A DNA stretch of 64,000 nucleotides from Macrostomum lignano. Its lineage: Eukaryota. The position numbers and the translations under genes were made by a program. Below are positions 13,244 through 24,240 of the stretch, piece after piece; positions within the stretch are counted from its first letter, which is position 1, and each line of letters starts with the position of its first letter. Under the pieces are notes generated by a model. It searched no databases, was not told the DNA's origin, and worked only from the letters and a program-made list of their open reading frames with translations. The DNA is taken from positions 186,001 to 250,000 of the forward strand of contig NIVC01000307.1 of the NCBI GenBank assembly GCA_002269645.1. The letters run 5' to 3'.

Positions 13244-16192
13244 TGGCCGAAAAAAGAAAAAAAATCTACTGTTAATTTATATACATTTCTGACTTTTATC
13301 GACCCGTTCTTAGTCTTAATTGTTAAATATTAATGAACAAATAAATCGTTACTAATTTTAAGAGCCTGACGATGCCTCACGCGAAGCGAAACATGTCGCA
13401 TAAAAAATGATAGCGCTCACCTTCTTAATTCTACCTGTCTCCTCTTTAATGTACAGACGCTTTAAGACTAACCCCTACCCCTCTTGAATGTACAAACGCT
13501 TTAAGACTAACCCCTAACCCCTACACGCTTCGTGATTAACCCCTGCCCCTCTTAAACGTACACACGCTTCAAAACTAACCCCTAGCCCTCTTGAATGTAC
13601 AAACGCTTCAAGACTAACCCTTCCCCCTCTTGAATGTACACACGCTTCAAAACTAACCCTAGGACCCTCTTGAATGTACACACGCTTCAAAACTAACCCT
13701 ACCCCCTCTTGAATGTACACACGCTTCAAAACTAACCCTACCCCCTTTTGAATGTACACACGCTTCAAAACTAACCCTACCCCCTCTTGAATGTAAACAC
13801 GCTTCGAGAATAAACCCTTACCCACTATTGAATATAATAGAGTAAATGTCTTCTGTTCTTCGCAAATAAAAATAATTTAAAGCTGCCAACCTTAACTTGA
13901 TACAGTGCACTTTTTTACCATAGCAAAGTCGACACGATAAAAATACTTTTTTTTCTAAAATACAAGAGCTAGCTAATAAAAAACGAACTAAAAACTGTTA
14001 CATTATGACACCTGGGGTCTCAAAATAATATGAAAGAATCAAATAGCTGTCTCAAATAAACAAGCCTTGGCTAGAAAAAAGTTATAAAACTGCTTCTTAT
14101 CTCCAGCGAAATCATTAAGAGATTTAGTGCTTGCGCGTTTCACTATAAAAACATTACATTATATTCCAGCCTTGTCTTCGCGACTTTAAAGGTCAAGTGC
14201 CCTACAGATTCTAATTACACATGCATGCATTTTGCATTTCAGAGTTTCCACGAATAGTTTATATCTTTTTTAGCTGCAGAAAGTTCGAAGTACAAGTCGC
14301 TAACAGTGAGGCTATATGCGAAAACGAAGAAAACCAACTTCTTTCCAAAGAAATTCGAGTGACGAGAGAAAAATATTGCCAATTAATGACTTTTTAGCGC
14401 CCTTTTGATATAGCATTTGAGCGCCGATTGTGACCCAGTCATTTTGGCGCCAACTTTGACACAATCATTTTGGCGCCGACTTTGGCGCATTCATTTTGGC
14501 GCCGACTTTGACACAGTCATTTTGGCGCCGACTTTGACACAATCATTTTGGCGCCAACTTTGGCGCAATCATTTTGGCGCCGAATTTGACACATTCATTT
14601 TGGCGCCGAATTTGACACATTCATTTTGGCGCCGAATTTGACACATTCATTTTGGCGCCGAATTTGACACATTCATTTTGGCGCCGAATTTGACACATTC
14701 ATTTTGGCGCCGAATTTGACACATTCATTTTGACGCTAATTTGACACATTCATTTTGGCGCCGAATTTGACACATTCATTTTGGCTCCAACTTTGACAAA
14801 TTCATTTTGACGCTAATTTGACATATTCATTTTGGCGCCAACTTTAAGGTATTCGTTTTGGCGCCAACTTTGACACAGTCATTTTGGCGCCAACTTTAGC
14901 GCAACTCTTTTGACGCCGACTTTGCCACATTCCCTTTGGCGCCGACTTTGACAAATTCATTCTGACGCTAATTTGACAATCGTCTGTTTTCACCTCAAAT
15001 TTCCAGTGCTCAACACAGCGATGCTACTCGACAGGTTTCTCCCTGCTAACCAGGCGAGTTCAGTGCATCAACCAAGCCAACGACACTCTGCCTGACGCAC
15101 AGTGCGGACACGAGCCCAAACCGGAGTCTGTGCACAGGTGCCGCAATGACCTTTGCCAGCCCGAATGGCTTACTGGGCCCTGGTCCAAGGTGAGGAGAGA
15201 TCGAGGATCTAATTGGTTTGGGTAGAATTGCGTCCGTAGATTCGATAGACTTGTGTCCGTAGATTCGATGGACTTGTGTCCGTAGATTCGATAGAATCAT
15301 GTCGGTAGATTAGATAGAATCATATCGGTAGATTCGATAGAATCATGTCGTTAGATTCGATAGAATCATGTCAGTAGATTAGAATCTAGAATAATGTCGG
15401 TAGGTTAGATAGAATCATATCGGTAGATTCGATAGACTTGTGTCCGTAGATTCGATAGACTTGTGTCGGTAAAGATTCGATAAAATCATGTCGGTAGATT
15501 AGATAGACTTGTGTCGGTAGATTCGATAGAATCGTGTCCGTAGATTCGATAGACTTGTGTCCGTAGATTCGATAGACTTGTGTCCGGAGATTCGATAGAC
15601 TTGTGTCCGTAGATTCGATAGACTTGTGTCCGTAGATTCGATAGACTTGTGTCCGTAGATTCGATAGACTTGTGTCGGTAAAGATTCGATAGACTTGTGT
15701 CCGTAGATTCGATAGACTTGTGTCCGTAGCTTCGATAGACTTGTGTCCGTAGCTTCGATAGACTTGTGTCCGTAGATTCGATAGACTTGTGTCGGTAAAG
15801 ATTCGATAGAATCATGTCAGTAGATTCGATAGACTTGTGTACGTAGATTCGATAGAATTGTGTCGGTAGAACGTTGTAGAGTTATATTAGTAGGATCTCC
15901 AGCGGACTCAGTTGATGAGGCAGACTAATATCAGTCCGTAGCTCAATATATCTGCACTGGCCTCGCCAACCCCCGAACGCAGTGCTCGGTCTCCTGCGGC
16001 GCCTACGGTTTCAGCAGCCGTCAAATCCGGTGCGTCTGGCGTCAGAACGGCGGACCGGCGGGGATTGCCTGCGAAAATTTGGAGCTACCGAAGGGCTACC
16101 AGGCCTGCTACAATGGGCCCTGTGAGAGGCTCGGTACGGAGAGCTTTTTGTACTTTATCTACTTAGTTACATGTATTTATGTATTTAGTTTG

Positions 16193-16247
<55 letters not shown>

Positions 16248-16256
16248 CTTAGTTAA

Positions 16257-16297
<41 letters not shown>

Positions 16298-16298
16298 C

Positions 16299-16345
<47 letters not shown>

Positions 16346-16378
16346 CAGTTAGTCAGTCAGTTAGTTAGTTAGTTAGTC

Positions 16379-16423
<45 letters not shown>

Positions 16424-16458
16424 TTTAGTCAGTTAGTTAGTTAGTTAGTTAGTTAGTC

Positions 16459-16503
<45 letters not shown>

Positions 16504-16504
16504 T

Positions 16505-16537
<33 letters not shown>

Positions 16538-16538
16538 C

Positions 16539-16599
<61 letters not shown>

Positions 16600-16854
16600 T
16601 TTAGTTAGTTAGTTAGTTAGTTAGTTAGTAAAATCATACACCCGAGAGTTACCTGACGGCACGCGTCAATCCACTCGCTGCTCCCAGGCTGCGAGGATCT
16701 GTCCCCCGTGTGCCGCATCTACCAGGCCTCCGCCCTGTGCGCCCATCCGTCGCTGCGCCGAAACTGCTGCAAGACCTGCGGCGAGTACCAGTTGCACGTG
16801 TATCGCAGTTTGCAGTCGACTCACCTGGTGAGCGGCAGCAGGACCGCTGCCTAG
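3582..16854 (+). CDS. ADAMTSL1: ADAMTS-like / punctin (madd-4-like) secreted ECM protein, 10 exons, 732 aa: signal peptide, 4 TSP1-like repeats, Ig-like domain, 3 TSP1 repeats, PLAC
   Basis: Join 3582-3661,4826-5010,7840-7977,8382-8575,10186-10347,10943-11497,12303-12686,15007-15189,15983-16133,16688-16854 = 2199 nt. All introns GT-AG with matching phases. WxxGPWxxCSxxCG motifs, Ig (LHCPV..W..DSGVY) and PLAC (CEDLSPVC..LCAHPSLRRNCCKTC). Symbol is family-level (ADAMTSL1/3, madd-4). Confidence 0.85.
4007..4168. repeat. 16-bp minisatellite GGTGCTAAAGCCCCTT
   Basis: Direct reading. Confidence 0.9.
4434..4579 (+). other. Two tandem degenerate 28S rRNA H69-H71-like segments (86-nt period)
   Basis: GGAGTAACTAT-N24-CTTCGTCAT(A/C)TAA twice, versus 28S GGAGTAACTAT-N23-CCTCGTCATCTAA recalled from memory. 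Confidence 0.55.
4826..5010 (+). CDS. ADAMTSL1: ADAMTSL exon 2 (TSP1)
   Basis: TAG|G; WAIISVGECSARCRDEAPGLRNLTFGC...DDRCS; G|GTGAGC. Confidence 0.85.
5023..6467. repeat. 13-bp minisatellite GATCCCGATCCCT, about 111 near-perfect copies
   Basis: 13-aa periodicity of the minus-strand ORF. Confidence 0.98.
6905..7770. repeat. ATCCCAGATCCCCA-type degenerate minisatellite
   Basis: Direct reading. Confidence 0.95.
7840..7977 (+). CDS. ADAMTSL1: ADAMTSL exon 3
   Basis: TTTCAG|; IQMPSIQSVECPPPVSC...YRWRFDFAGDVRCSARCNQI; G|GTGAGT. Confidence 0.85.
8000..8285. repeat. 33-bp minisatellite TGATTGTGTTACCTGTTAGATATGAATTGGTCA
   Basis: 11-aa periodicity. Confidence 0.95.
8382..8575 (+). CDS. ADAMTSL1: ADAMTSL exon 4
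   Basis: CGCAG|; ARCVDAKTGQ...WKAGPWGPCSRPCGLGEM; |GTGAGA. Confidence 0.9.
8590..9150. repeat. 11-bp minisatellite CTATGCTGTTG
   Basis: Perfect to about 8895, then degenerate. Confidence 0.95.
9510..10150. repeat. 30-bp minisatellite GGCTTTTATGGCCTCAATCAAGTTTGATTT
   Basis: 10-aa periodicity. Confidence 0.95.
10186..10347 (+). CDS. ADAMTSL1: ADAMTSL exon 5
   Basis: AACAG|; ERPVECYQ...CSHLDEKPHLREYCLMEPRC; AAG|GTTTGT. Confidence 0.85.
10520..10865. repeat. About 33-bp minisatellite AGGTGCCCTAGCCATAATTAGACG
   Basis: Direct reading. Confidence 0.9.
10943..11497 (+). CDS. ADAMTSL1: ADAMTSL exon 6 (degenerate TSP1 + Ig)
   Basis: CCCCGCAG|; ...VKCGQSATVIPGTRVRLHCPV...DGDLIITRFRPKDSGVYQ; |GTGAGT. 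Confidence 0.85.
11533..11860. repeat. 15-bp minisatellite GGTGCTAAAGCCCCT
   Basis: VLKPL periodicity. Confidence 0.97.
11865..12260. repeat. 24-bp minisatellite CTCAGCCTCAATCACACCATGGTG
   Basis: 8-aa periodicity. Confidence 0.97.
12303..12686 (+). CDS. ADAMTSL1: ADAMTSL exon 7
   Basis: CAACAG|; WMTGPWTSCSVPCGGEGQKTRTVHC...CPVWRAGPWDSE; |GTGTGT. Confidence 0.9.
12990..13045 (-). ncRNA. Minimal type I hammerhead ribozyme motif (intact stem II)
   Basis: CUGACGA-U-GCCU(GACGCG)AGGC-GAAAC-AU-GUC; palindromic ACAUGU stem III. Confidence 0.75.
13355..13410 (+). ncRNA. Minimal type I hammerhead ribozyme motif (C.A mismatch in stem II)
   Basis: CUGACGA 13366-13372, GAAAC 13388-13392, GUC 13395-13397. 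Confidence 0.65.
14420..14975. repeat. 26-bp minisatellite ATTCATTTTGGCGCCGAATTTGACAC
   Basis: Direct reading. Confidence 0.95.
15007..15189 (+). CDS. ADAMTSL1: ADAMTSL exon 8
   Basis: TTCCAG|; CSTQRC...TRRVQCINQ...CQPEWLTGPWSK; |GTGAGG. Confidence 0.9.
15230..15870. repeat. 23-bp minisatellite GTAGATTCGATAGACTTGTGTCC
   Basis: Direct reading. Confidence 0.95.
15983..16133 (+). CDS. ADAMTSL1: ADAMTSL exon 9
   Basis: CGCAG|; CSVSCGAYGFSSRQIRCVW...CYNGPCERL; G|GTACGG. Confidence 0.9.
16190..16629. repeat. (TTAG)n microsatellite
   Basis: Direct reading. Confidence 0.98.
16688..16854 (+). CDS. ADAMTSL1: ADAMTSL exon 10 (PLAC, stop)
   Basis: CCCAG|; CEDLSPVCRIYQASALCAHPSLRRNCCKTC...TAA then TAG 16852-16854. 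Confidence 0.85.
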
Positions 16855-17399
16855 GCCTAGTCTCATAATTAGGGAAGACAGTTGCTCCTCTCTGTCTCCT
16901 AACCGCATCCGTGACTTCGATCGTTTGTAACCAAGACGATAAGCAAACAAAAAGACAAACGAAAAAACAACCAAATCATTATAAATACTGGAAAAGCTGA
17001 CAACCGTGTGCGTTTTTTGTCTCAACACGAGCCCGTGACGCATATAATACGTATTATGCTTGAATAATATATTATTTCTACTGTTAATAATACGATTTGC
17101 TTTTTAATCCGCTTATTTAATTAGCTAGCGATAGCTTAGAACAATTAGAGTATAGGTCAGCTGAGTTTTTACCTGCTACTCGTGTTCTTGTTATATATTT
17201 TCTGCAAGGTTAAGCGTTTAATGTAATTAAAGTTAATTTTTACTTTGGTTAGCGAAAAATTTAATATAGTAGGAGTGAGTGTTTCCAATTATCTCTTGGC
17301 ATTGTTGCGTTTGAACGAAAACTTATAAGCGTTAAAAACGGCAACAATCCCAAAAATCAATAAAAAAATATTAATGTAATAAAAAAACAAAAACAGCAA

Positions 17400-17800
17400 C
17401 GACGATAATAATGACAATAACAATAAAAATAGTAATGATTATAACAAAAATGAAACACCGAATAGTACTGATAAAATAATAAAAGTATCTTTAAATAACA
17501 AAATACCTATAATAACATCAACAGCAGCAACAATAACTATTAAAATATCAACAGCATAAAACAGCAACGATGATAATAAAATAATATTTAAGTGCCATAT
17601 TCAGGAAATATATCAGCCATCAAGCCCAGACAACACAAAATATATGAAATGATAACAATAAAAATAGTTATAGTTATAACAAAAATGAAACACCGAATAG
17701 TACTGATAAAAAAAGAGTCTCTTTAAATAACAAAATACTTATAATAACATCAACAGCAGCAACAAAAACTATTAAAATATCAACAGCAAAAAACAGCAAA
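17400..17800. repeat. AT-rich tandem duplication, 235-bp period
   Basis: AAAAATGAAACACCGAATAGTACTGATAAAA at about 17446 and 17681. Confidence 0.8.
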
Positions 17801-18419
17801 TAGCAATTCGAAACTCAAAGCTTCGCTAAATAAATAAACACTTCGTTTCGTCGACGCGGGTTAAGCAAAAAATAAATCGAGGCGGATGAAAACTGACAGT
17901 TCATACTTATTTCCTTAGCTAGAATTGTGTCCCATCTTTCGTTAATCATTCGTTTTTAATCATGCACGCATAAACTAGAAAAACAAAATAAAATACAGCG
18001 GTTTCACTTGACCCATTAACTGCCTCCAAGTTTGGTCTTTTTGCGGCGTATATTTTTGTTATAATCTTTTTTCCTTTCATTCTCCCAAATAAAACAGACT
18101 TTGACACCTTTTAACAAAAGTTTTTTTCAGGTTTGAAAATCCAGTCTAATAAAAACTGTTTTTATATTGCTATGCATTATTAATCATGCAATGTTTATTG
18201 TTTATTAATTATGCTCCTACTGCTGTTGTTATTACTATTATACTATTATGCTTTATTACACAAGTTTTTGCACGAGAAAACGTAGCTAAAAGCACAATAA
18301 AATTAATATAATTCAGTTCATCAAATTGGTTACTTTGTAGGTAGTAAATTAATTAATATGTCAAGCAGGCAATAGCGCAGAAAATGTTCTCTTCCTCTCG
18401 ACTCCAGGGTCGCTATAGA

Positions 18420-20075
18420 TTCCAAGAGTCCCTAGACGAGTCCCTAGACTCCACAAAGTCCTTGAAACTCTACAGAGTCCCTAGACTCCACAGAGTCCCT
18501 AGACTCCACAGAGTCCCTAGACTCGACAGAGTCCCTAGACTCCCAGAGTCGCTAGACTCGACAGAGTCCCTAGACTCCACAGAGTCCCTAGACGAGTCCC
18601 TAGACTCCACAAAGTCCTTGAAACTCTACAGAGTCCCTAGACTCCACAGAGTCCCTAGACTCCACAGAGTCCCTAGACTCCACAGAGTCCCTAGACTCCA
18701 CAGAGTCCCTAGACTCCACAGAGTCCCTAGACTCCACAGAGTCCCTAGACTCCACAGAGTCCCTAGACTCGACAGAGTCCCTAGACTCCACAGAGTCCCT
18801 AGACGAGTCCCTAGACTCCACAAAGTCCTTGAAACTCTACAGAGTCCCTAGACTCCACAGAGTCCCTAGACTCCACAGAGTCCCTAGACTCCACAGAGTC
18901 CCTAGACTCCACAGAGTCCCTAGACTCCACAGAGTCCCTAGACTCCACAGAGTCCCTAGACTCCACAGAGTCCCTAGACTCCACAGAGTCCCTAGACTCC
19001 ACAGAGTCCCTAGACTCCACAGAGTCCCTAGACTCCACAGAGTCCCTAGACTCCACAGAGTCCCTAGACTCCACAGAGTCCCTAGACTCCACAGAGTCCC
19101 TAGACTCCACAGAGTCCCTAGACTCCACAGAGTCCCTAGACTCCACAGAGTCCCTAGACTCCACAGAGTCCCTAGACTCCACAGAGTCCCTAGACTCCAC
19201 AGAGTCCCTAGACTCCACAGAGTCCCTAGACTCCACAGAGTCCCTAGACTCCACAGAGTCCCTAGACTCCACAGAGTCCCTAGACTCCACAGAGTCCCTA
19301 GACTCCACAGAGTCCCTAGACTCCACAGAGTCCCTAGACTCCACAGAGTCCCTAGACTCCACAGAGTCCCTAGACTCCACAGAGTCCCTAGACTCCACAG
19401 AGTCCCTAGACTCCACAGAGTCCCTAGACTCCACAGAGTCCCTAGACTCCACAGAGTCCCTAGACTCCACAGAGTCCCTAGACTCCACAGAGTCCCTAGA
19501 CTCCACAGAGTCCCTAGACTCCACAGAGTCCCTAGACTCCACAGAGTCCCTAGACTCCACAGAGTCCCTAGACTCCACAGAGTCCCTAGACTCCACAGAG
19601 TCCCTAGACTCCACAGAGTCCCTAGACTCCACAGAGTCCCTAGACTCCACAGAGTCCCTAGACTCCACAGAGTCCCTAGACTCCACAGAGTCCCTAGACT
19701 CCACAGAGTCCCTAGACTCCACAGAGTCCCTAGACTCCACAGAGTCCCTAGACTCCACAGAGTCCCTAGACTCCACAGAGTCCCTAGACTCCACAGAGTC
19801 CCTAGACTCCACAGAGTCCCTAGACTCCACAGAGTCCCTAGACTCCACAGAGTCCCTAGACTCCACAGAGTCCCTAGACTCCACAGAGTCCCTAGACTCC
19901 ACAGAGTCCCTAGACTCCACAGAGTCCCTAGACTCCACAGAGTCCCTAGACTCCACAGAGTCCCTAGACTCCACAGAGTCCCTAGACTCCACAGAGTCCC
20001 TAGACTCCACAGAGTCCCTAGACTCCACAGAGTCCCTAGACTCCACAGAGTCCCTAGACTCCACAGAGTCCCTAG
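18420..20075. repeat. 18-bp minisatellite CACAGAGTCCCTAGACTC
   Basis: Perfect from about 18840 to 20075. Confidence 0.98.
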
Positions 20076-21177
20076 ACTTCCACAGAGTTCTAACACTCCA
20101 GAGCCTACAAGTGTCCTTAGATTTCTACAGATTTCCTAATCCTATATACTAAAAATGATTTGTTTGCCTTGATTATAAAAGAATCTCATTTGATGTCTGC
20201 AGTGTCCAATACCTGGTGCAGACAACTTTACAAACAGAAACTTATAAAACGGAAGGTACTTATAGAGCTGCAAGTATTTTAATTGACAAGCGTTCATTCC
20301 AATACGTATTGCACCTAGGATACGTATTGCTTCTAAGGATCAGACGAACTTAGACCGTCTGTCAGTATGAAAAATATTCTTAGAGATCAACGGACTCGCA
20401 TAATTGGTTTGCTGATGCTGTGTGGCAACTTAGGCACATGCATCTACATGTAAGATAACCGGAAGACAGCTGAAGCGCACTTTTATTAACCTTTAGCTAA
20501 GTCATAGTATTGTCTGTATCGTTAGGGTTCGAGAAATCACGTGAAGGCAGCCCCGGCCCTATTAATTGATGAAGCCATGCATGACACGGAAGAATTTCTT
20601 TTCTTTTATTTAGACACAGTACCGCGCATGTAAAAGCTTTCACTTGCCTGACTAAAATGGATTATAGGCATACATGTAAGTTTGGTCGATTGAAATTTGT
20701 TAATATGCACGTAACCCCCCCCCTCCCACCCACACAGCATCAGCAGACGGGAATCGCTGCTTACCTAATGGGCCGATGCATTAACATGATTTACAGTACA
20801 GGAAGTTCTTTTCAATTGGTTTCAAAAAGCTGAATCAGCCCGACCCCTCACGCCTCCCAATCCAATGCCCAGTAGTGTATGTCTAGCGTGCACAGAGTGC
20901 TTGGACGAACATTAATCAAGTCATTTCTGGACCATGGATAACTAACACAGCTAAAGCAGAAGGTCGCTACTACACTTGCAAATACACGTGCCGATTTTTT
21001 TTTCGCTTCTAAATGCATCACTGAGATAGCGAGAAATTTTCAGTTGTTTAGGACTAAATTCCCATCGATGCGAGCGTATATCTCACCTTATCAACGTCCG
21101 GATTATAAATGAACGTTTGATGCGCACTTGCTTTAATGGCTATAACAATTCAACCAAATAAGAGGCAATGACAACGA

Positions 21178-22715
21178 CCAGCAGAGACAGGGGCGCCCAC
21201 CAAAAGACAGGGGCGCCCACCAAGAGACACAGGCGCCCACCAAGAGACAGAGGCGCCCACCAAGAGACAGAGACGCCCACCAAGAGACAGGGGTGCCCAC
21301 CAAGAGACAGGGGCGCCCATCAAGAGACAGGGGCGCCCATCAAGAGACAGAGGCGCCAACCAAGAGACAGGGGCGCCCACCAAGAGACAGAGGCGCCCAC
21401 CAAGAGACAGAGGCGCACACCAAGAGACAGAGGCGCCCATCAAGAGACAGGGGCGCCCACCAAAAGACAGAGGCGCCCACCAAGAGACAGAGACACCCAC
21501 CAAGAGACAGAGGTGCCCACAAAGAGACAGGAGCCCCCACCAAGAGACAGGGGTGCCCACCAAGAGACAGGGGTGCCCACCAAGAGACAGAGGTGCCCAC
21601 CAAGAGACAGGGGTGCCCACCAAGAGACAGGAGCCCCCACCAAGAGACAGGGGTGCCCACCAAGAGACAGGGGTGCCCACCAAGAGACAGAGGTGCCCAC
21701 CAAGAGACAGAGGTGCCCACAAAGAGACAGGAGCCCCCACCAAGAGACAGAGGTGCCCACCAAGAGACAGAGGTGCCCACCAAGAGACAGAGGCGCCCAC
21801 CAAGAGACAGAGGTGCCCACCAAGAGACAGGGGTGCCCACCAAGAGACAGAGGCGCCCACCAAAGAGACAGAGGCGCCCACCAAGAGAAAGAGGCGCCCA
21901 TCAAGAGACTTGGCGCCTATTTAAGAGACACGGGCGCCCATCAAGAGACAGAGGCGCCAACCAAGAGACAGGGGCGCCCACCAAGAGACAGAGGTGCCCA
22001 CCAAGAGACAGAGGCGCCTACCAAGAGACAGAGGCGCCCACCAAGAGACAGAGGCGCCTACCAAGAGACAGAGGCGCCCACCAAGAGACAGAGGCGCCCA
22101 CCAAGAGACAGGGGCGCCCACCAAGAGAGAGGGGCGCCCATCAAGAGACAGGGGCGCCCATCAAGAGACAGGGGCGTCCATCAAGAGACAGGGGCGCCCA
22201 CCAAGAGAGAGGGGCGCCCATCAAGAGACAGGGGCGCCCATCAAGAGACAGGGGCGCCCATCAAGAGACAGGGGCGTCCATCAAGAGACAGAGGCGCCCA
22301 CCAAAAGAGAGGGGCGCCCACCAAGAGACAGGGGCGCCAACCAAGAGACAGAGGCGCCCACCAAGAGACAGAGGCGCCCACCAAGAGACAGAGGCGCCCA
22401 CCAAGAGACAGGGGTGCCCACCAAGAGACAGAGGCGCCCACCAAGAGACAGAGGCGCCCACCAAGAGACAGGGGTGCCCACAAAGAGACAGGGATGCCCA
22501 CCAAGAGACAGAGGCGCCCACCAAGAGACAGAGGCGCCCATCAAGAGACTTGGCGCCCATTTAAGAGACACGGGCGCCCACCAAGAGACAGAGGCGCCCA
22601 CCAAGAGAGAGGGGCGCCCACCAAGAGACAGAGGCGCCCACCAAGAGACAGGGGCGCCCACCAAGAGACAGGGGCGCACACCAAGAGACAGAGGCGCCCA
22701 CCAAGAGACAGGGGC
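21178..22715. repeat. 20-bp minisatellite CAAGAGACAGGGGCGCCCAC
   Basis: Direct reading. Confidence 0.97.
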
Positions 22716-23179
22716 GGCTCATCAAAGCACCAAACATTGGCACCCCCGTGGTTGCGGCCCACTCTAATAATTAAAGTTTATTGGCTAGTATGAATATATA
22801 CAAGCGTGTATACAAAGCCAGTTAAACCAAGCGTAAAATTTATTTCACCATGCAAACAAATCGTTTAAAAAAATCCCTATAGCAATGCCTACATTTCGAA
22901 TAAACAAAATTGACTCCCCACTTCTCGTGTGCGACAGGAATTCTTGTTGCATGTCCACTTCAACGGTACTGGCTTCACCCATCTGTGTGTTTTTTGAAGT
23001 TTGTTTTGCTTACCAAATTTGCTTGCCGGTCTGTCTGTCTGTCGGAATCGGCTGCACTTTTTTTGGGCGGCAGATCAGACAGAATTTTATGCGCAATTAA
23101 TCCCATTCTACATTCATTGTAGACCACTTTGAATGGCGTTTGTATGTTGAGACTAACCATCTCTAATTTTTCTCCGCTC

Positions 23180-23660
23180 ATCTCCATTCTCTCTCACTCT
23201 CGCACCTCATCACACACTCACATCTTCTCTCTCTCTCTCCTCTCTCACCCACATCTCCACTCTCAATCACATCTCCTCTCTCACTCTCTCCTCTCTCACT
23301 TACATCTCCTGCCTCACTCACATCTCCTCTCTCACTTACATCTCCTCTCTCACTCACATCTCCTCTCTCACCCACATCTCCTCTCTCACCCACATCTTTC
23401 TCACTCACATCTCCTCTCTCACTGATATCTCCTCTCTCACTTACATCTCTCTCACTCACATCTCCTCTCTCACTCTCTCCTCTCTCACTCACATCTCCTG
23501 CCTCACCCACATCCCCTCTCTCACTTACATCTCCTCTCTCACTGACATCTCCTCTCTCACTCACATCTCCTCTCTCACTCACATCTCCTCTCTCACCCAC
23601 ATCTCCTGTCTCACTCTCGTCTCCTCTCTCAGTCACATCTCCTCTCCCACTCTCTCCTTC
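23180..23660. repeat. 18-bp CT-rich minisatellite TCTCCTCTCTCACTCACA
   Basis: ERGDVS periodicity. Confidence 0.9.
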
Positions 23661-23664
23661 TCCT

Positions 23665-24240
23665 TTTCACCACCCTCCGCAGGGCCCTGCTTGGACTTAA
23701 CCGCAGGGCCTCATGGCGGTGACCATGGCCCACCTCCAGGATAAAATACGAAGTGAGGAATGCCCCTTCTGCCTTTCCGGTGTCGAGAATGCGGAGCACT
23801 TCATCTGTGAATGCCCCGCCTTTACTCAGGACAGGCTCACCTACCTCGGCCCAAACCCGGACCTCTCCGACGTTTTCAGGCCCGAGAATCTCTGTCAGCT
23901 CGGCCGCTACCTAAGGGCTACCGGGCGAGCGACCATCCACCTCCTGGACTCTCCGGAGGGGACCAGCGCTGCGGACGCCGGCACCACCGGATCTCCCTGC
24001 GCGACACAGCAGCACCAGCTGCCCGTGGTCGCCAGGGGTTGGCGAAATAGACGGCAACGCCTCCTCGCTGCATCCGGATGCACGGAGCCCCCTGCAGCTG
24101 AGTCAAGCCCCCTCTTCTCCCCCTAACCTCTCTTATCAATCTCCTGTCTTCTCGTTGTCTCTTCAATTGCTCACCCGAATGCTCTATTTTCCTCCCAATT
24201 CCCAACTTCTATACGCAGACAGACTCCACTGATCAAAACA
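23665..24240 (+). mobile_element. 5'-truncated non-LTR retrotransposon (I/R1/LOA-type ORF2 C-terminus)
   Basis: CPFC-x8-H-x4-C knuckle ([21 protein letters not shown]...RLTYLG); 3' boundary approximate. Confidence 0.7.

Larger units (their letters stand above)
12936..13434. mobile_element. Penelope-like element remnant: 172-bp inverted arms carrying hammerhead motifs
   Basis: Arms 12963-13134 and 13263-13434 (3 mismatches) around a spacer with (GA)n; flanked by direct repeat CTGTCTCCTCT (12925-12935, 13435-13445). Confidence 0.75.
12850..13830. repeat. About 40-bp minisatellite AAGACTAACCCCTACCCCTCTTGAATGTACACACGCTTC, interrupted by the hammerhead insertion
   Basis: Direct reading. Confidence 0.85.
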
